54,714 nt of DNA, from positions 1 to 54,714 of the IMG/VR virus record IMGVR_UViG_3300042549_005982; one strand, 5' to 3'. Numbering within the stretch: position 1 is the stretch's first letter; each line of letters opens with the position of its first letter. This document shows, piece by piece, positions 7,639 to 16,755 of the stretch. A program made the translations under genes and the position numbers. The notes below the pieces were generated by a model. That model ran no database searches, was not told the DNA's origin, and saw nothing but the letters and a program-made list of their open reading frames with translations. The DNA is from a virus (lineage: Duplodnaviria; Caudoviricetes).

Positions 7639-7998
7639 TCAGAAGTCTCCGAGTAGATCGTTAAGGTCGAGGGTAGGCGTTGCGCTAGGTGTTGCCCCTT
7701 GGGGCAACGGCACCCATCCAAATTCGCGTTCCGCCACGCCTTCGGGGTCTGCCAACCAGCGTGTCCAGAACGCTGCAAAACAATCCGCACGGATTGTTAG
7801 GACCTTGCGGGTCGAACGGTTGGGGCCGGATGAGAAGAACCCGGAGATTTCGACTTCCGTGCCATCGCCTATCGGCGAGCAGTAAAGGCCGGGGATGATC
7901 GAGAGTCCACCGGGGTTCATGTCGGTGCGGAACGCGGGGAGCCCGGAGATGCGTGGGCGCTCGGGCGCAAGGAAATGTAGAGGAGCAGTGTTTGTCAT
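7639..7998 (-). CDS. Hypothetical protein (ends DLNDLLGDF)
   Basis: TGATG overlap with helicase stop. Confidence 0.65.
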   Translation of the reverse strand: MTNTAPLHFLAPERPRISGLPAFRTDMNPGGLSIIPGLYCSPIGDGTEVEISGFFSSGPNRSTRKVLTIRADCFAAFWTRWLADPEGVAEREFGWVPLPQGATPSATPTLDLNDLLGDF

Positions 7999-9494
7999 CA
8001 CGAAAAATCCTTTAGGTTTGCCAGAATTAAAGTGTGCTTGGTGCGCGTTTCGAGCACGTATTGTAAGTTGTGCTCCTGTTTGATCTCGTCGTCTTTCTTG
8101 GCCCATTTGGAAGGGATGCGCCACGGATCGAGATGCACAACGGTATCCCATTCGAGGCCCTTTGCTTTGTGGCCTGTCGCGAGTGTGACGAGGCCGGAGT
8201 CCTTCGCGAACAAATTGTCAAGTTCAGACACAAGGGCGCGGACTGTGCTGGGCGATCGGTTTTCGATCACCGACACAATACACTCATAACGATCTGTCAC
8301 GGAGTCGATCTTGCTCGCGTCGTCGTTCGCTTCCGCTTTTGATCGTTCGGTTTCAAACCAACTTTCGAGCTTTTGTTTGAAAACGTCGATGGTCGTTGAT
8401 TGATCTGCGGAGAGTTTTTTGCAAAGCGCCGAAAGACCACGGCCAATGTCACGACCGAGCATGTTCACGCCCATGCCTTGGCGCAGCAATTTGAAGGCCA
8501 TGCTTAAAAGCGGCGCGTTGTTTCGACAGAGGATCGCAACGTCGCCTTGCGAAAGGTCTTCGATCTTGCTCCAATCCCACGGTTCGCCTCGCATAAATGT
8601 GTTGACGGAACCTTTCGGGTTGGAAGGCGCTGCACGGTAGTCCGGGGCGTGAATGTGTTGGCGCTCGACCACAGACTGCGGACAGCGGAACGTGGTGTTG
8701 AGCGGGAGTTCGATCCATTCGGATTTGAGGGTTTTGAGGTTGGTCATGCTGTTATGGTCTGCGCCGCGAAAAGCGTAGATGGCTTGGCGGGGATCGCCCA
8801 CAACGATCAATTTACCAGCAGCCACTTTGCGGAGCATTTGGTGATTGAGGGGTGAAAGGTCCTGGGCCTCGTCAACCAGCACAATGTTGAAACGCGGGAA
8901 CGCTCCCGAAAACACGACTGGGAGATAAATTTGGTCGTCGTAAGAAATGCAGCCGTTCATTCCTTCTTCGATGGACGAGATGAGAACCCTGCGCGCAAGT
9001 TTGCGCTCGTCAGCGGTGAGGTTTAGATCAAGTTCGTAGTCAAGTTTTTCCCATGTTTCGGGGGTGTCGGGAACGAGCGATTTGGCATGTTGGAATTGCG
9101 ACGGGACGAGTCCGCGCTGCATCGCCATGACCACAAGTGTGCGGATCGCTGACCATTCCCCTTTGCTTTCGGGAAAAGGTTTGAGCGCGTCAGTTGTGAG
9201 GCGTCCGATTTTGTTCGCGTCGATCAGCATTTTCTTTTTGTTGATCGTAAAAGACCATGCGCGATGGCCGAGGCCGTTCATGGTCATTACGCTGAAGTTT
9301 TTGGGAAAGCGTTTTTCTAACTCTTCCTTAATTTTCTTGTTGAAGGCGAGGGCAAGGGCTGGCTCGGGGGGCAAAGCCTTGGCGAGCATGGTGAGGGTTG
9401 TGGTCTTGCCGGTGCCTGCGAGCGCGTTTACCATGAGCGACTGAGGCTGCGTGGCCGCGTGAATGATGGCGGCTTGTTCGGGAGTTGGTTTCAT
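7998..9494 (-). CDS. UvrD/Rep-like SF1 DNA helicase
   Basis: ALAGTGKTT, VDEAQD, VGDPRQAIYAFRGA, TFRCP, HKAKGLEW, YVLETR. Confidence 0.92.
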   Translation of the reverse strand: MKPTPEQAAIIHAATQPQSLMVNALAGTGKTTTLTMLAKALPPEPALALAFNKKIKEELEKRFPKNFSVMTMNGLGHRAWSFTINKKKMLIDANKIGRLTTDALKPFPESKGEWSAIRTLVVMAMQRGLVPSQFQHAKSLVPDTPETWEKLDYELDLNLTADERKLARRVLISSIEEGMNGCISYDDQIYLPVVFSGAFPRFNIVLVDEAQDLSPLNHQMLRKVAAGKLIVVGDPRQAIYAFRGADHNSMTNLKTLKSEWIELPLNTTFRCPQSVVERQHIHAPDYRAAPSNPKGSVNTFMRGEPWDWSKIEDLSQGDVAILCRNNAPLLSMAFKLLRQGMGVNMLGRDIGRGLSALCKKLSADQSTTIDVFKQKLESWFETERSKAEANDDASKIDSVTDRYECIVSVIENRSPSTVRALVSELDNLFAKDSGLVTLATGHKAKGLEWDTVVHLDPWRIPSKWAKKDDEIKQEHNLQYVLETRTKHTLILANLKDFS

Positions 9495-9514
9495 AACGAC
9501 ATATCCTTGCAGAT

Positions 9515-9757
9515 TTAAGCGATACGATGAATAAGCAGGCCGAAGCCTTTTGTGTTGTGGGTAGATCGGACTGTTATTCTAAATCCAGGTTGATGTTTTT
9601 CGCGAAAGCGGCGAGCCGCGTTGTGGACTTGTGTGGAGCAGTTCGGCCTCATGTCACGAGGGCAAGGCATGAAAAACGCATCCCCAATCTCCATGCGAAG
9701 AAAGGGGTATTGCGTGAGCGGCTCAGGCTTTTTGCCTTTCAAGATTTTGAATTGCAT
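9515..9757 (-). CDS. Small putative DNA-binding protein (YPFxxMEIGDxFF type)
   Basis: Recurring phage motif; basic. Confidence 0.55.
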   Translation of the reverse strand: MQFKILKGKKPEPLTQYPFLRMEIGDAFFMPCPRDMRPNCSTQVHNAARRFREKHQPGFRITVRSTHNTKGFGLLIHRIA

Positions 9758-9767
9758 GGTGCGCTCG

Positions 9768-10202
9768 TCAAAGGTTGAAGATAACCGCAGGCTGGCCCGA
9801 GCCTGTAAACGACAGTTTGCACGGGAAACCACTCCATAGAAAACCTTCTCCTGAAACCGCAGCATCTTCGTTGTGGCCTTCGATTATCATGGCGACTCGT
9901 TCTTGGTGGATCGCAGCGTGTTCTTTTGCGAGATAGCCAAGCTGCCAAAAGCGTTGGGAAAGAAGGTCTTCGAGGTTTCCACCGTTCGCGGGGAGCGTGG
10001 CCTCGAGTTCCTCTTTTGCGTCGGGCGAGAGGTGTGAGGCATCGAACCAGACCGCGACGGCGTTGGGGTCGTAAGGGTTAGACGGCTCGGGGCGAAGTTC
10101 GAGCGTGTAACCGGCGGGAAGAGATTGAATGATCGTCTTCGCCGGGGGGCGGAAATGTGCGCCGACGAGAGGGACGACGAAGGTATTGGAGTTGGAAAGC
10201 AT
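9768..10202 (-). CDS. HIRAN domain protein
   Basis: LVGAHFR...LELRPEPSNPYDPNAVAVW...LGYL. Confidence 0.8.
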   Translation of the reverse strand: MLSNSNTFVVPLVGAHFRPPAKTIIQSLPAGYTLELRPEPSNPYDPNAVAVWFDASHLSPDAKEELEATLPANGGNLEDLLSQRFWQLGYLAKEHAAIHQERVAMIIEGHNEDAAVSGEGFLWSGFPCKLSFTGSGQPAVIFNL

Positions 10203-10238
10203 GTGGCACCTTTCGGGTTTGCGGTTTGGGGTTTGCGG

Positions 10239-10463
10239 TTAGTTTAGAGTCGTGCCTTGCGGCGCGGGGTTAAAGCCGTCGATCAGCATGTTCATCATGT
10301 CGATCTGATTTTCAGTCGATACGTTTGAAATGGAGCATATTTTGAGGCCGCCGGGCATGTCGAAACCTGCGACAACCATACAAGGATGATCCTGGAGAAT
10401 TTCGCGAGCAGCGTCCATAGCGCGTTGCATAAGGGCGCGCTGCTCGTTGTCGTCATGCGTCAT
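10239..10463 (-). CDS. Hypothetical protein
   Basis: ORF in operon. Confidence 0.55.
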   Translation of the reverse strand: MTHDDNEQRALMQRAMDAAREILQDHPCMVVAGFDMPGGLKICSISNVSTENQIDMMNMLIDGFNPAPQGTTLN

Positions 10464-10782
10464 ATTTCGCTCTTTCGGCTGGAGTCATGTTTGTGTATTC
10501 CGCAGCAATGTTGAAACCTTTTTGCATAAGGTCAAACTCTTTGTTCATGGCTTCGCGCCATACGTCGAGAAGTTTTGCGGGAGGCACTTCGCCACATTCC
10601 AAACGTGCGGAGCAATAAAGCATGAGGAAGGCTGCAGACATGGATGATGATGCGACGACTGCGAGCATGGAAGGCTGTCGTCCGAATGTGTCGCAGATGC
10701 GGTTGATGGACTCGATTGTTCGGTCGTATGCGAGCTTTTGCACGTCTCGTTTTATGTGCTTTGGGATGTCGGGGTCAGTCAT
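10453..10782 (-). CDS. Hypothetical protein
   Basis: ORF in operon. Confidence 0.55.
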   Translation of the reverse strand: MTDPDIPKHIKRDVQKLAYDRTIESINRICDTFGRQPSMLAVVASSSMSAAFLMLYCSARLECGEVPPAKLLDVWREAMNKEFDLMQKGFNIAAEYTNMTPAERAKYDA

Positions 10783-10990
10783 GTTTGCACTCTGTGAGTT
10801 TTTGTTCGATGAATTGAATGATCTCGTCGATTTCGACGGGGGTGAAGCGGGACGCTTTGCCTTTGGCGTGTAGGTTTAGTTTGCGAGTCCAGTGGGCGAG
10901 GAGTTGGCGTAGGATCGGTGCTATGTGTTGCGGGGGATAGTGAGCGCACAAGGCGCTCACTTCTTTCAGAATGTCATCGACGCGACTCAC
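10775..10990 (-). CDS. Hypothetical protein
   Basis: GTGA overlap with upstream gene. Confidence 0.5.
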   Translation of the reverse strand: MSRVDDILKEVSALCAHYPPQHIAPILRQLLAHWTRKLNLHAKGKASRFTPVEIDEIIQFIEQKLTECKHD

Positions 10991-11262
10991 GCGACTTCCT
11001 CGGGGGCAGAGAGCAACGGGAGGTTGAGGGTTTTGGCGACGGTCTTGGAGTTCATCAGGGTGTCGAATTTTTCGAAAGCGAGGCGCAAGGCTTCGTCCCC
11101 GTCAGCAGCGTTGCAGCGCACTTTGATTTCCGTCCCGTCGTTGTCAACGGTGATGCTGCATCCCCAGCGCTCAGGCGTCTCGGTGTAGCGATAGTTGTTG
11201 CGAAGCAGCGCGACTTCAGCGTTGAAAGCGTTAAGTTTGGCGAAGATCTGGGAAAGGGTCAT
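10987..11262 (-). CDS. Hypothetical protein
   Basis: AGGAG RBS before MTLSQ. Confidence 0.6.
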   Translation of the reverse strand: MTLSQIFAKLNAFNAEVALLRNNYRYTETPERWGCSITVDNDGTEIKVRCNAADGDEALRLAFEKFDTLMNSKTVAKTLNLPLLSAPEEVA

Positions 11263-11340
11263 TTTGATTGCTCCTGCGTGATAGGTGTTAGGTGTTAGGC
11301 ACATTGTGGATTGAGTAGCAGATGGGGTTAGCCCGTAGGG

Positions 11341-11712
11341 CTAAAATTCAAAGTTCGGGTCGTTGAACAGTTCCTCCATGTCTTTCAGTTTTTCGGTGAG
11401 AGGTTTGCGTGCAAAGCGTTCCTTCTCGGCGCGTTCGCGGGCGCGTTCGGCTTTTGCTTCGGCGTTGGGGTCACGAGCCCAGGAATTGACGACATGCTGG
11501 ATCGGCATGGTCGGGCCTGCTATGCGGTGCGGCTGGGTTGCCCCGGCCATCTCGCGTTCACGCAGGACTCGCATGAGCGCTGCCATGCCTCCGGGTGTGG
11601 CGGGGAAGGAAAGCTCTTGCGTGTAGCCTTTTGTGGCGCGGAGTTGGAGGTAAATGAAATCGCCTTCTGAGTAGATGGCGGTGGCAGCGTGGAACGGGGC
11701 GGTTCGTGACAT
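11341..11712 (-). CDS. Hypothetical protein (ends EELFNDPNFEF)
   Basis: GGAG RBS before MSRTA. Confidence 0.65.
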   Translation of the reverse strand: MSRTAPFHAATAIYSEGDFIYLQLRATKGYTQELSFPATPGGMAALMRVLREREMAGATQPHRIAGPTMPIQHVVNSWARDPNAEAKAERARERAEKERFARKPLTEKLKDMEELFNDPNFEF

Positions 11713-11809
11713 GGCAGGCTCCGAGGTAACGTAGGGTAACAGGGGACAACTCACATATTATAGTCGCACAACGGGCGGGAAAATGCAACAAAAAAGTCCA
11801 CGGCTGCGA

Positions 11810-11992
11810 TCATTCGTCGTAAATAATGGCCCGATACAATCCTTTCGGACAAATCGCTTTCCGAGTCTCGTCGTCCCAGAGGCAAAAATACGAAAATATC
11901 AACGAGCCATAAATCAGCGTGTAAGCCGCGATTGAAAAGAAAAGCCACGCCATGAGAAAAGCTGAAAGCGTGAACAATGCAGCGAATAGCAT
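11810..11992 (-). CDS. Small membrane protein
   Basis: Long hydrophobic N-terminus. Confidence 0.45.
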   Translation of the reverse strand: MLFAALFTLSAFLMAWLFFSIAAYTLIYGSLIFSYFCLWDDETRKAICPKGLYRAIIYDE

Positions 11993-11993
11993 G

Positions 11994-12284
11994 TCAATAA
12001 TCCTTTTCTTCGAGCGGACGGAGGTGGAGTTCCACTTTGCCGGGAGTGAGGCAAATGATCTGCGCCCAGAAGTTTTGGGGTTTGTATGCGCGGATCAAGT
12101 CGAACGCCTCGTCCATGTCCGCGCAGTTGAATGTCAGGGTTTGGCGCTTGCCCTCTGGGTTTAGAGGTGCGGAGATGCAGTCATCGGTCACGGTAATAAT
12201 CCTCATCTGGATAGGAGTCCTCATCTTCGCCCCACTCCCCGATGTAATCAAGGATCGCGTCGTCAACTGCGCGATGAGTTGCAA
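11994..12284 (-). CDS. Hypothetical protein (true start probably further downstream)
   Basis: ORF in operon. Confidence 0.4.
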   Translation of the reverse strand: MQLIAQLTTRSLITSGSGAKMRTPIQMRIITVTDDCISAPLNPEGKRQTLTFNCADMDEAFDLIRAYKPQNFWAQIICLTPGKVELHLRPLEEKDY

Positions 12285-12504
12285 GGAGTTCGAGCAGCGC
12301 GCCAGTTGCTTTGAAGAGCGGGGCGTCCGGTTTGTCTGGGTCGTCGAGTTTGAGATGGATCGAGTTGACTTCCCATTCCGGGTCGTCTCCCTCGTAGCAA
12401 TCCTCCGGCGGGCCGTAGAGTTGGGGTTTGGTGCCGGGATGGGTTAAAGTCCAGTCGATGTCGAGGATGAAATCGTGGCCCATGAAATAAAGTCCGGTCT
12501 GCAT
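12181..12504 (-). CDS. Acidic hypothetical protein
   Basis: YGPPEDCYEGDDPEWEV motif; very acidic C-terminus. Confidence 0.6.
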   Translation of the reverse strand: MQTGLYFMGHDFILDIDWTLTHPGTKPQLYGPPEDCYEGDDPEWEVNSIHLKLDDPDKPDAPLFKATGALLELLATHRAVDDAILDYIGEWGEDEDSYPDEDYYRDR

Positions 12505-12508
12505 GATT

Positions 12509-12742
12509 TTAGCCTTTCGAAGGAGCAAACATGATGCTGCTGGAGTATCCATCGCAGAGGGGGAACGATCGCTCTTTGATGCCGGAAGCGAGCAGTCCTT
12601 TGCGTAGGTCATCGAAAACGCCGCGAGGTGAGAGGGATGGATCGCCTCCGATGTTGTTGCATACGAAGGCCAGCACTTCAGCTTCGTATTCGGAGATAGT
12701 TATGGTGACTTCGATGGCTGTAGCTTGAGAAGTGATTTTCAT
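12509..12742 (-). CDS. Hypothetical protein
   Basis: GGAG RBS. Confidence 0.55.
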   Translation of the reverse strand: MKITSQATAIEVTITISEYEAEVLAFVCNNIGGDPSLSPRGVFDDLRKGLLASGIKERSFPLCDGYSSSIMFAPSKG

Positions 12743-12802
12743 GTTGGGACTCCGTGTTGAGGGGTAGAACCGCAGGTGCGTGGAGGTGAAAGGGGTTGCC
12801 CG

Positions 12803-13219
12803 CTAGGGCAACGGCCAGACGTAGGGAAGGTCGGGGCTTTCGATCCATCCAAACTGGCGATAGTGTTCGGGTAATTTGCGAAGCAAATTGGAGCGGTGGG
12901 ATGCGTGGAAGTCGGCGTTGCCGAGCCATTTCGGGGGTGAAACGGCTTCGCCGTTTGGCATGTGTGCGGCGATTTTGGCAGCGCATGTGTCGTTGAACCC
13001 GCGTTTTTTCCATTCATCACATATCGCCAGACCATACAAAACGAGGTGGGCGATGTGGCCGCGCCACATTTTGACTGCGGGATGGTTTTGCCAACCATAA
13101 GAGGGATTGGTGAGCGCGTTGAGGATTTGCAGCGTTTCGACGCGCTGCTTTCCAAGTCTGCGATTGTCGAGAGATCGGGCGGACATGGGGAAGTCGCTGT
13201 AAGGTAAGAAGGTTTGCAT
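12803..13219 (-). CDS. Pyrimidine-dimer DNA glycosylase / endonuclease V-like (MSMEG_6728-type)
   Basis: MQTFLPY...LDNRRLGKQRVETLQI...NHPAVKMWRG...HRSNLLRK...YVWP. Confidence 0.85.
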   Translation of the reverse strand: MQTFLPYSDFPMSARSLDNRRLGKQRVETLQILNALTNPSYGWQNHPAVKMWRGHIAHLVLYGLAICDEWKKRGFNDTCAAKIAAHMPNGEAVSPPKWLGNADFHASHRSNLLRKLPEHYRQFGWIESPDLPYVWPLP

Positions 13220-13221
13220 GG

Positions 13222-13416
13222 TCAGCCTCCTGAATAAGAGTTGCGTAAAAGCCATTGGCGTTCGGCCTCGTTGTCGAGACATTCTTGCAGATCGGAGATG
13301 AATTGTTCGAGATCCAGCCTCTCGTCTTTTGTGATTTTGAAATTGGGGTTTTGCAGGTTGGCGACGAGAACGCGAATGGCTGTTTGCGCGCCGTCTGGGT
13401 AAAGTTCTGCGATCAT
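13222..13416 (-). CDS. Hypothetical protein
   Basis: GGAGGA RBS before MIAEL. Confidence 0.55.
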   Translation of the reverse strand: MIAELYPDGAQTAIRVLVANLQNPNFKITKDERLDLEQFISDLQECLDNEAERQWLLRNSYSGG

Positions 13417-13586
13417 TCTGAGTCCTCCATGATGTAGTCGATGAATGTGGAGCGGCGGAAAGTGCTGGATGCAGCCGCACAAACGTCTGCGATGTTGTTG
13501 ACGAGCAGTTTGAACGCGAGAGGGTTCATATGCTGGCGGGATTCACGGAGCGCCTTTGCGAGTGCTATGAAATGTTTCTTGCTCAT
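13413..13586 (-). CDS. Hypothetical protein, 57 aa (MSKKHFIALAKAL...)
   Basis: Manual translation; fills the gap with ATGA coupling. Confidence 0.6.
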   Translation of the reverse strand: MSKKHFIALAKALRESRQHMNPLAFKLLVNNIADVCAAASSTFRRSTFIDYIMEDSE

Positions 13587-13589
13587 GGT

Positions 13590-13877
13590 TCACCAAGTGT
13601 AGTTCTGGGTTTTGAGAATGTCTCTAAGTTCCTGCTTGATGCGCCTTGCGTGTTCTCCGCGCCATGTGGCAGCGTTTGCCAGGAAGTAGGCCACAACGCT
13701 GACGCCAGAATCCAGGCCATACATTTCTCCGATCTGGTTGAGCGAGCGCATGGCGTATATGTAAGGGAAAGCCGCAAAATGCGGCTTGGGCCAGTTTTGG
13801 CGTATGTCCGCAGCGATGATGTAGAGGGGGCGGTGCCTTTCGGCTGGAGCGCCTTCGGCGGGAGATGTCTGAGTCAT
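13590..13877 (-). CDS. Conserved-type phage hypothetical protein (RPLYIIAADIRQNW...FLANAATWRGE)
   Basis: Motif recalled from other phages' early genes. Confidence 0.65.
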   Translation of the reverse strand: MTQTSPAEGAPAERHRPLYIIAADIRQNWPKPHFAAFPYIYAMRSLNQIGEMYGLDSGVSVVAYFLANAATWRGEHARRIKQELRDILKTQNYTW

Positions 13878-13878
13878 G

Positions 13879-14169
13879 TCATTCGTCCGAGGTGATGGGC
13901 AGGGCGGACTGCATGGTGGCGATCCAGATGGTGAGGTCGTCGATTGCCATTGCAGCCTGGGTTCGTTTGTATTTGGTGTTTGTGATCTCGCCCGCAGCGC
14001 GCAGCATGTTGGTGATGCCCATGCCGCGAGTTGGGATGACCTGCCCGTTGGTTTTGATGTAGAGCTGCAGGGCGGAGCGCAGTGAGCGGGCGCGGAAGTA
14101 TGCAACAGCGTCGGGGCCGGAATAGCTGACTGCGCCAGATTTGCCGATGTGAATTGATGACTCTGACAT
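13879..14169 (-). CDS. Hypothetical protein
   Basis: ORF in operon. Confidence 0.6.
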   Translation of the reverse strand: MSESSIHIGKSGAVSYSGPDAVAYFRARSLRSALQLYIKTNGQVIPTRGMGITNMLRAAGEITNTKYKRTQAAMAIDDLTIWIATMQSALPITSDE

Positions 14170-14180
14170 GGGACTGCCTG

Positions 14181-14396
14181 TTAGTTGGAAATGGTCTGGA
14201 TGACGAAGCGGCGGTTGTCTCGCACAAGCCACTTGGTGCCGCGCCAGACGTTGATGGCTGACGCGACTGGCCAGAGTGGTGTTTGGAAGCGAAAACGCTT
14301 TCCAGCGCGTGTGCGGCCAGTGACGAGGTAGAGGTCGCCGGGGGCGGGAGTCCAGACAACTGCGCCGTTGGGGGAGCGGGTGAGAGGGGATTGCAT
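14181..14396 (-). CDS. Hypothetical basic protein
   Basis: GGAG RBS. Confidence 0.55.
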   Translation of the reverse strand: MQSPLTRSPNGAVVWTPAPGDLYLVTGRTRAGKRFRFQTPLWPVASAINVWRGTKWLVRDNRRFVIQTISN

Positions 14397-14429
14397 GGTT
14401 TTGGCTCCGTTGGTGAAAGGGGACGATCG

Positions 14430-14666
14430 TTAGAGCGTCGGGGTGATGAAAATGCAGATGGGGTTGTTGACTAAATCCAGACGTAAAAGATCGCCCCAGT
14501 CTGTTGTGCGGTGACGGCAGGGAGAAAGGCCCAGAGCCTTTTTGGCTCGGCGGATTAGGGTTTGGCTTGTGGCGTCAGCGGGCGCGTCGATTTCGACTCG
14601 ATGCACCCAGCAGTAGTTGGCTTCGCCTCCGAAAGTATCGGTCATTTCGACTGAGTAACGGCACAT
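14430..14666 (-). CDS. Phage hypothetical protein (TDTFGGEANYCWV motif)
   Basis: GGAG RBS before MCRYS; recurring phage motif. Confidence 0.6.
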   Translation of the reverse strand: MCRYSVEMTDTFGGEANYCWVHRVEIDAPADATSQTLIRRAKKALGLSPCRHRTTDWGDLLRLDLVNNPICIFITPTL

Positions 14667-14703
14667 GGTAGGGCTCCAGGTTTGGGGGTGCAGAGGTGCA
14701 GAA

Positions 14704-14934
14704 TTAGAGTGTGGGGAAAGCGCCGGAAAGCTGCGTCCAGAAGCAGGACAGCATAACGTCGTGTGAATAGCCTGCGTCCTCGAACAGGCGGATCTCCTTG
14801 TCGAGATCGAGTGCATCGTCACCCTGGATGAAAAGGTCGGAGCGAGAGATGCGATTGTAAAGAGTGTAAGCTGATCCATTGCCGTGGGAGTAGAGGTGGA
14901 AATGGTCTGTGGTGATGGAGAGGCTGGTTTGCAT
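14704..14934 (-). CDS. Hypothetical protein
   Basis: AAGGAG RBS. Confidence 0.6.
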   Translation of the reverse strand: MQTSLSITTDHFHLYSHGNGSAYTLYNRISRSDLFIQGDDALDLDKEIRLFEDAGYSHDVMLSCFWTQLSGAFPTL

Positions 14935-14954
14935 GGGAAGGCTCCTTGCAGATG

Positions 14955-15272
14955 TTAGAAAAGGTCTGAGAGGTCGTCAGCGGTGATGACTGCGACAGCT
15001 TTGCCACGCTTGGTGGTTACGCGCTGTGCAGCGTCTTGGACGGCTGGATGATCAGCGCCCCAGATGTTGCGGAGGTTCGCGAGGTAACGCTTGTGCGCCT
15101 CGGCAAAGCCAGAAAAGTGGTCGTTGTAAGAGGCAGGCCAGAGGTTTTCGGGGAAGTCTTGGAAGAGCTTGCGGGTAGCCGCAGGCTGCGCGTCGTAATA
15201 GGCAAAGAGCTGGGCTTTGTCTTTGCGGATTGTCTGCTGGTAGCGGTTGCGGGAGTTGTTTGTGGCTGGCAT
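14955..15272 (-). CDS. Hypothetical protein (ends ADDLSDLF)
   Basis: AGGA RBS. Confidence 0.65.
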   Translation of the reverse strand: MPATNNSRNRYQQTIRKDKAQLFAYYDAQPAATRKLFQDFPENLWPASYNDHFSGFAEAHKRYLANLRNIWGADHPAVQDAAQRVTTKRGKAVAVITADDLSDLF

Positions 15273-15377
15273 TGCAAGAGTCCTGACTGCGCTGGTGCAG
15301 TGTGCGGGGTTGCGTCTGGATGACGAGTGAAAAACAAATCACCCGTCATCCTTTTGTTGCATATAATGGGCCTAAGG

Positions 15378-15530
15378 TCAATCCAAAAAACGTCGAGCGG
15401 TTGAAGGATCGGCGGCGATTAAAAGCTCCAAAAAGTCAGCGTATCGGTGCTGGTTTGCTTCTCGCATCAGTTTAATAGCGAGTCTCAAAACGGCGCGGAG
15501 ATGGATGATTGTATCGTCTTTGGCTGACAT
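15378..15530 (-). CDS. Hypothetical protein, 50 aa (MSAKDDTIIHL...)
   Basis: Manual translation; TAATG overlap. Confidence 0.5.
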   Translation of the reverse strand: MSAKDDTIIHLRAVLRLAIKLMREANQHRYADFLELLIAADPSTARRFLD

Positions 15531-16213
15531 TAGAAAACTCCTTCGTCGTCAGTTGGAAGGCCGAGGTGAATTTTGTGGTCGAGTGAAAGGGGCTCGTCGT
15601 CGTTGTAGAGGTCTGGAAACGGCGCGGGTTGGCCGAGAGCAGTCCAGGCTTGGTTGATTGCGTGTTTTTGGTCAGCGAGTTCAATGTTCATGTGTTGGGA
15701 AAGCTGGCGATCGGAGAGGGTTTTGTTGTAGCGAGCTGCTGCGCCGTAGTGGGTTGGGGTTGCAGGTATTGGGTCTTTGGGGACTGCGAGAACAGTGGAT
15801 TTGTCGAAGTATTGTGAAAAGCCTTCTGGCGTTTTTGTGCCGATTGCGGCAGGCGCGGTTTTGCCGGGGGTGAGATATTCGGCTGGAGGAGCTTCGCCGG
15901 GAAGGAGTTTGTAGGGTGTTGGAGTGGCGTGGCGTTTTGCGCGATTGCGGAGCATTTGACGAGTATTGCGCTGCGCGTTGAGTTTGAAATGAGCGTTTTC
16001 GTTCGCGAGAATTTCGAGCGCCTGCGGATTGATGGTGATGAGGTTGGTGATGGCCTGGATGGTTTGGATGGTGGAGAGGAGTTCATCGGGAGTTGGTTGA
16101 GGTGGGAGGGCGCGGATTGCGTCGGAGATGTTGCGGTGGGTGGAGAGAAGTAGGTCTTTGAAATCGCTGGATATTTTGAGGAGTGCGAGCATTCGGGTTT
16201 GTGATATTGCCAT
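15530..16213 (-). CDS. Hypothetical protein adjacent to origin-like locus (ends PTDDEGVF)
   Basis: AAGGAG RBS, 227 aa. Confidence 0.7.
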   Translation of the reverse strand: MAISQTRMLALLKISSDFKDLLLSTHRNISDAIRALPPQPTPDELLSTIQTIQAITNLITINPQALEILANENAHFKLNAQRNTRQMLRNRAKRHATPTPYKLLPGEAPPAEYLTPGKTAPAAIGTKTPEGFSQYFDKSTVLAVPKDPIPATPTHYGAAARYNKTLSDRQLSQHMNIELADQKHAINQAWTALGQPAPFPDLYNDDEPLSLDHKIHLGLPTDDEGVF

Positions 16214-16274
16214 GGAAAGGGCTCCTTTGGCGATGTGTTAGGGTGAACAATGCACCCGTTGTATCACGCGGATG

Positions 16275-16546
16275 AGTCCGTGCATATAAATCAAGTGGGT
16301 GTTGCTCGCGTTTTTGGGTTATGGGTGGGTTTAAGGTTGTGGGTGGGATAGCTGGGGGCCTAGTTGACATTCGATTTTTAAAAAAAAATATATAATTAAG
16401 GAGTTAAAAGGGCTCTAACCTTTTAAAATATATATTTAGAGAAAAGGTTAGGCCCACAATATACTGGCTATAGAGTGGGTTTAAGGTTAAGGCCACCATT
16501 GCCGTCCCAGAGGGCGTAAAGGGTAGGTGATTTATATGCACGGACT
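16275..16546. repeat. Perfect 19-bp inverted repeat (AGTCCGTGCATATAAATCA; 16275-16293 / 16528-16546) enclosing 14-bp direct repeats and an AT-rich core
   Basis: Direct comparison; GTGGGTTTAAGGTT at 16325 and 16475; CTAACCTTTT/AAAAGGTTAG IR at 16415/16442. Confidence 0.9.
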
Positions 16547-16592
16547 GATTGCCGGGAAACAATGCCGGTAACATCGCCGCTGCCGCTCTGCC

Positions 16593-16666
16593 ACCATTTC
16601 CCTACCATTTCTCCTGCCACCATTTACCATTTCTCCAACCATTTGCTGACCATTTTCCTACCATTT
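16593..16666. repeat. Seven ACCATTT heptamers, mostly ~11-bp spaced (iteron-like)
   Basis: Copies at 16593, 16604, 16619, 16626, 16638, 16649, 16660. Confidence 0.9.
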
Positions 16667-16717
16667 GAAATCAGCGAAAAAATTTAGCATCTGGTCGTGA
16701 TGGCAAAACGCAGAGCC

Positions 16718-16750
16718 AAAAAAGCCCCGCCAGAATGACCCGGCGGGGCT
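16718..16750 (-). terminator. Rho-independent terminator
   Basis: AGCCCCGCC/GGCGGGGCT stem followed by a T tract on minus. Confidence 0.8.
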
Positions 16751-16755
16751 GTTGA

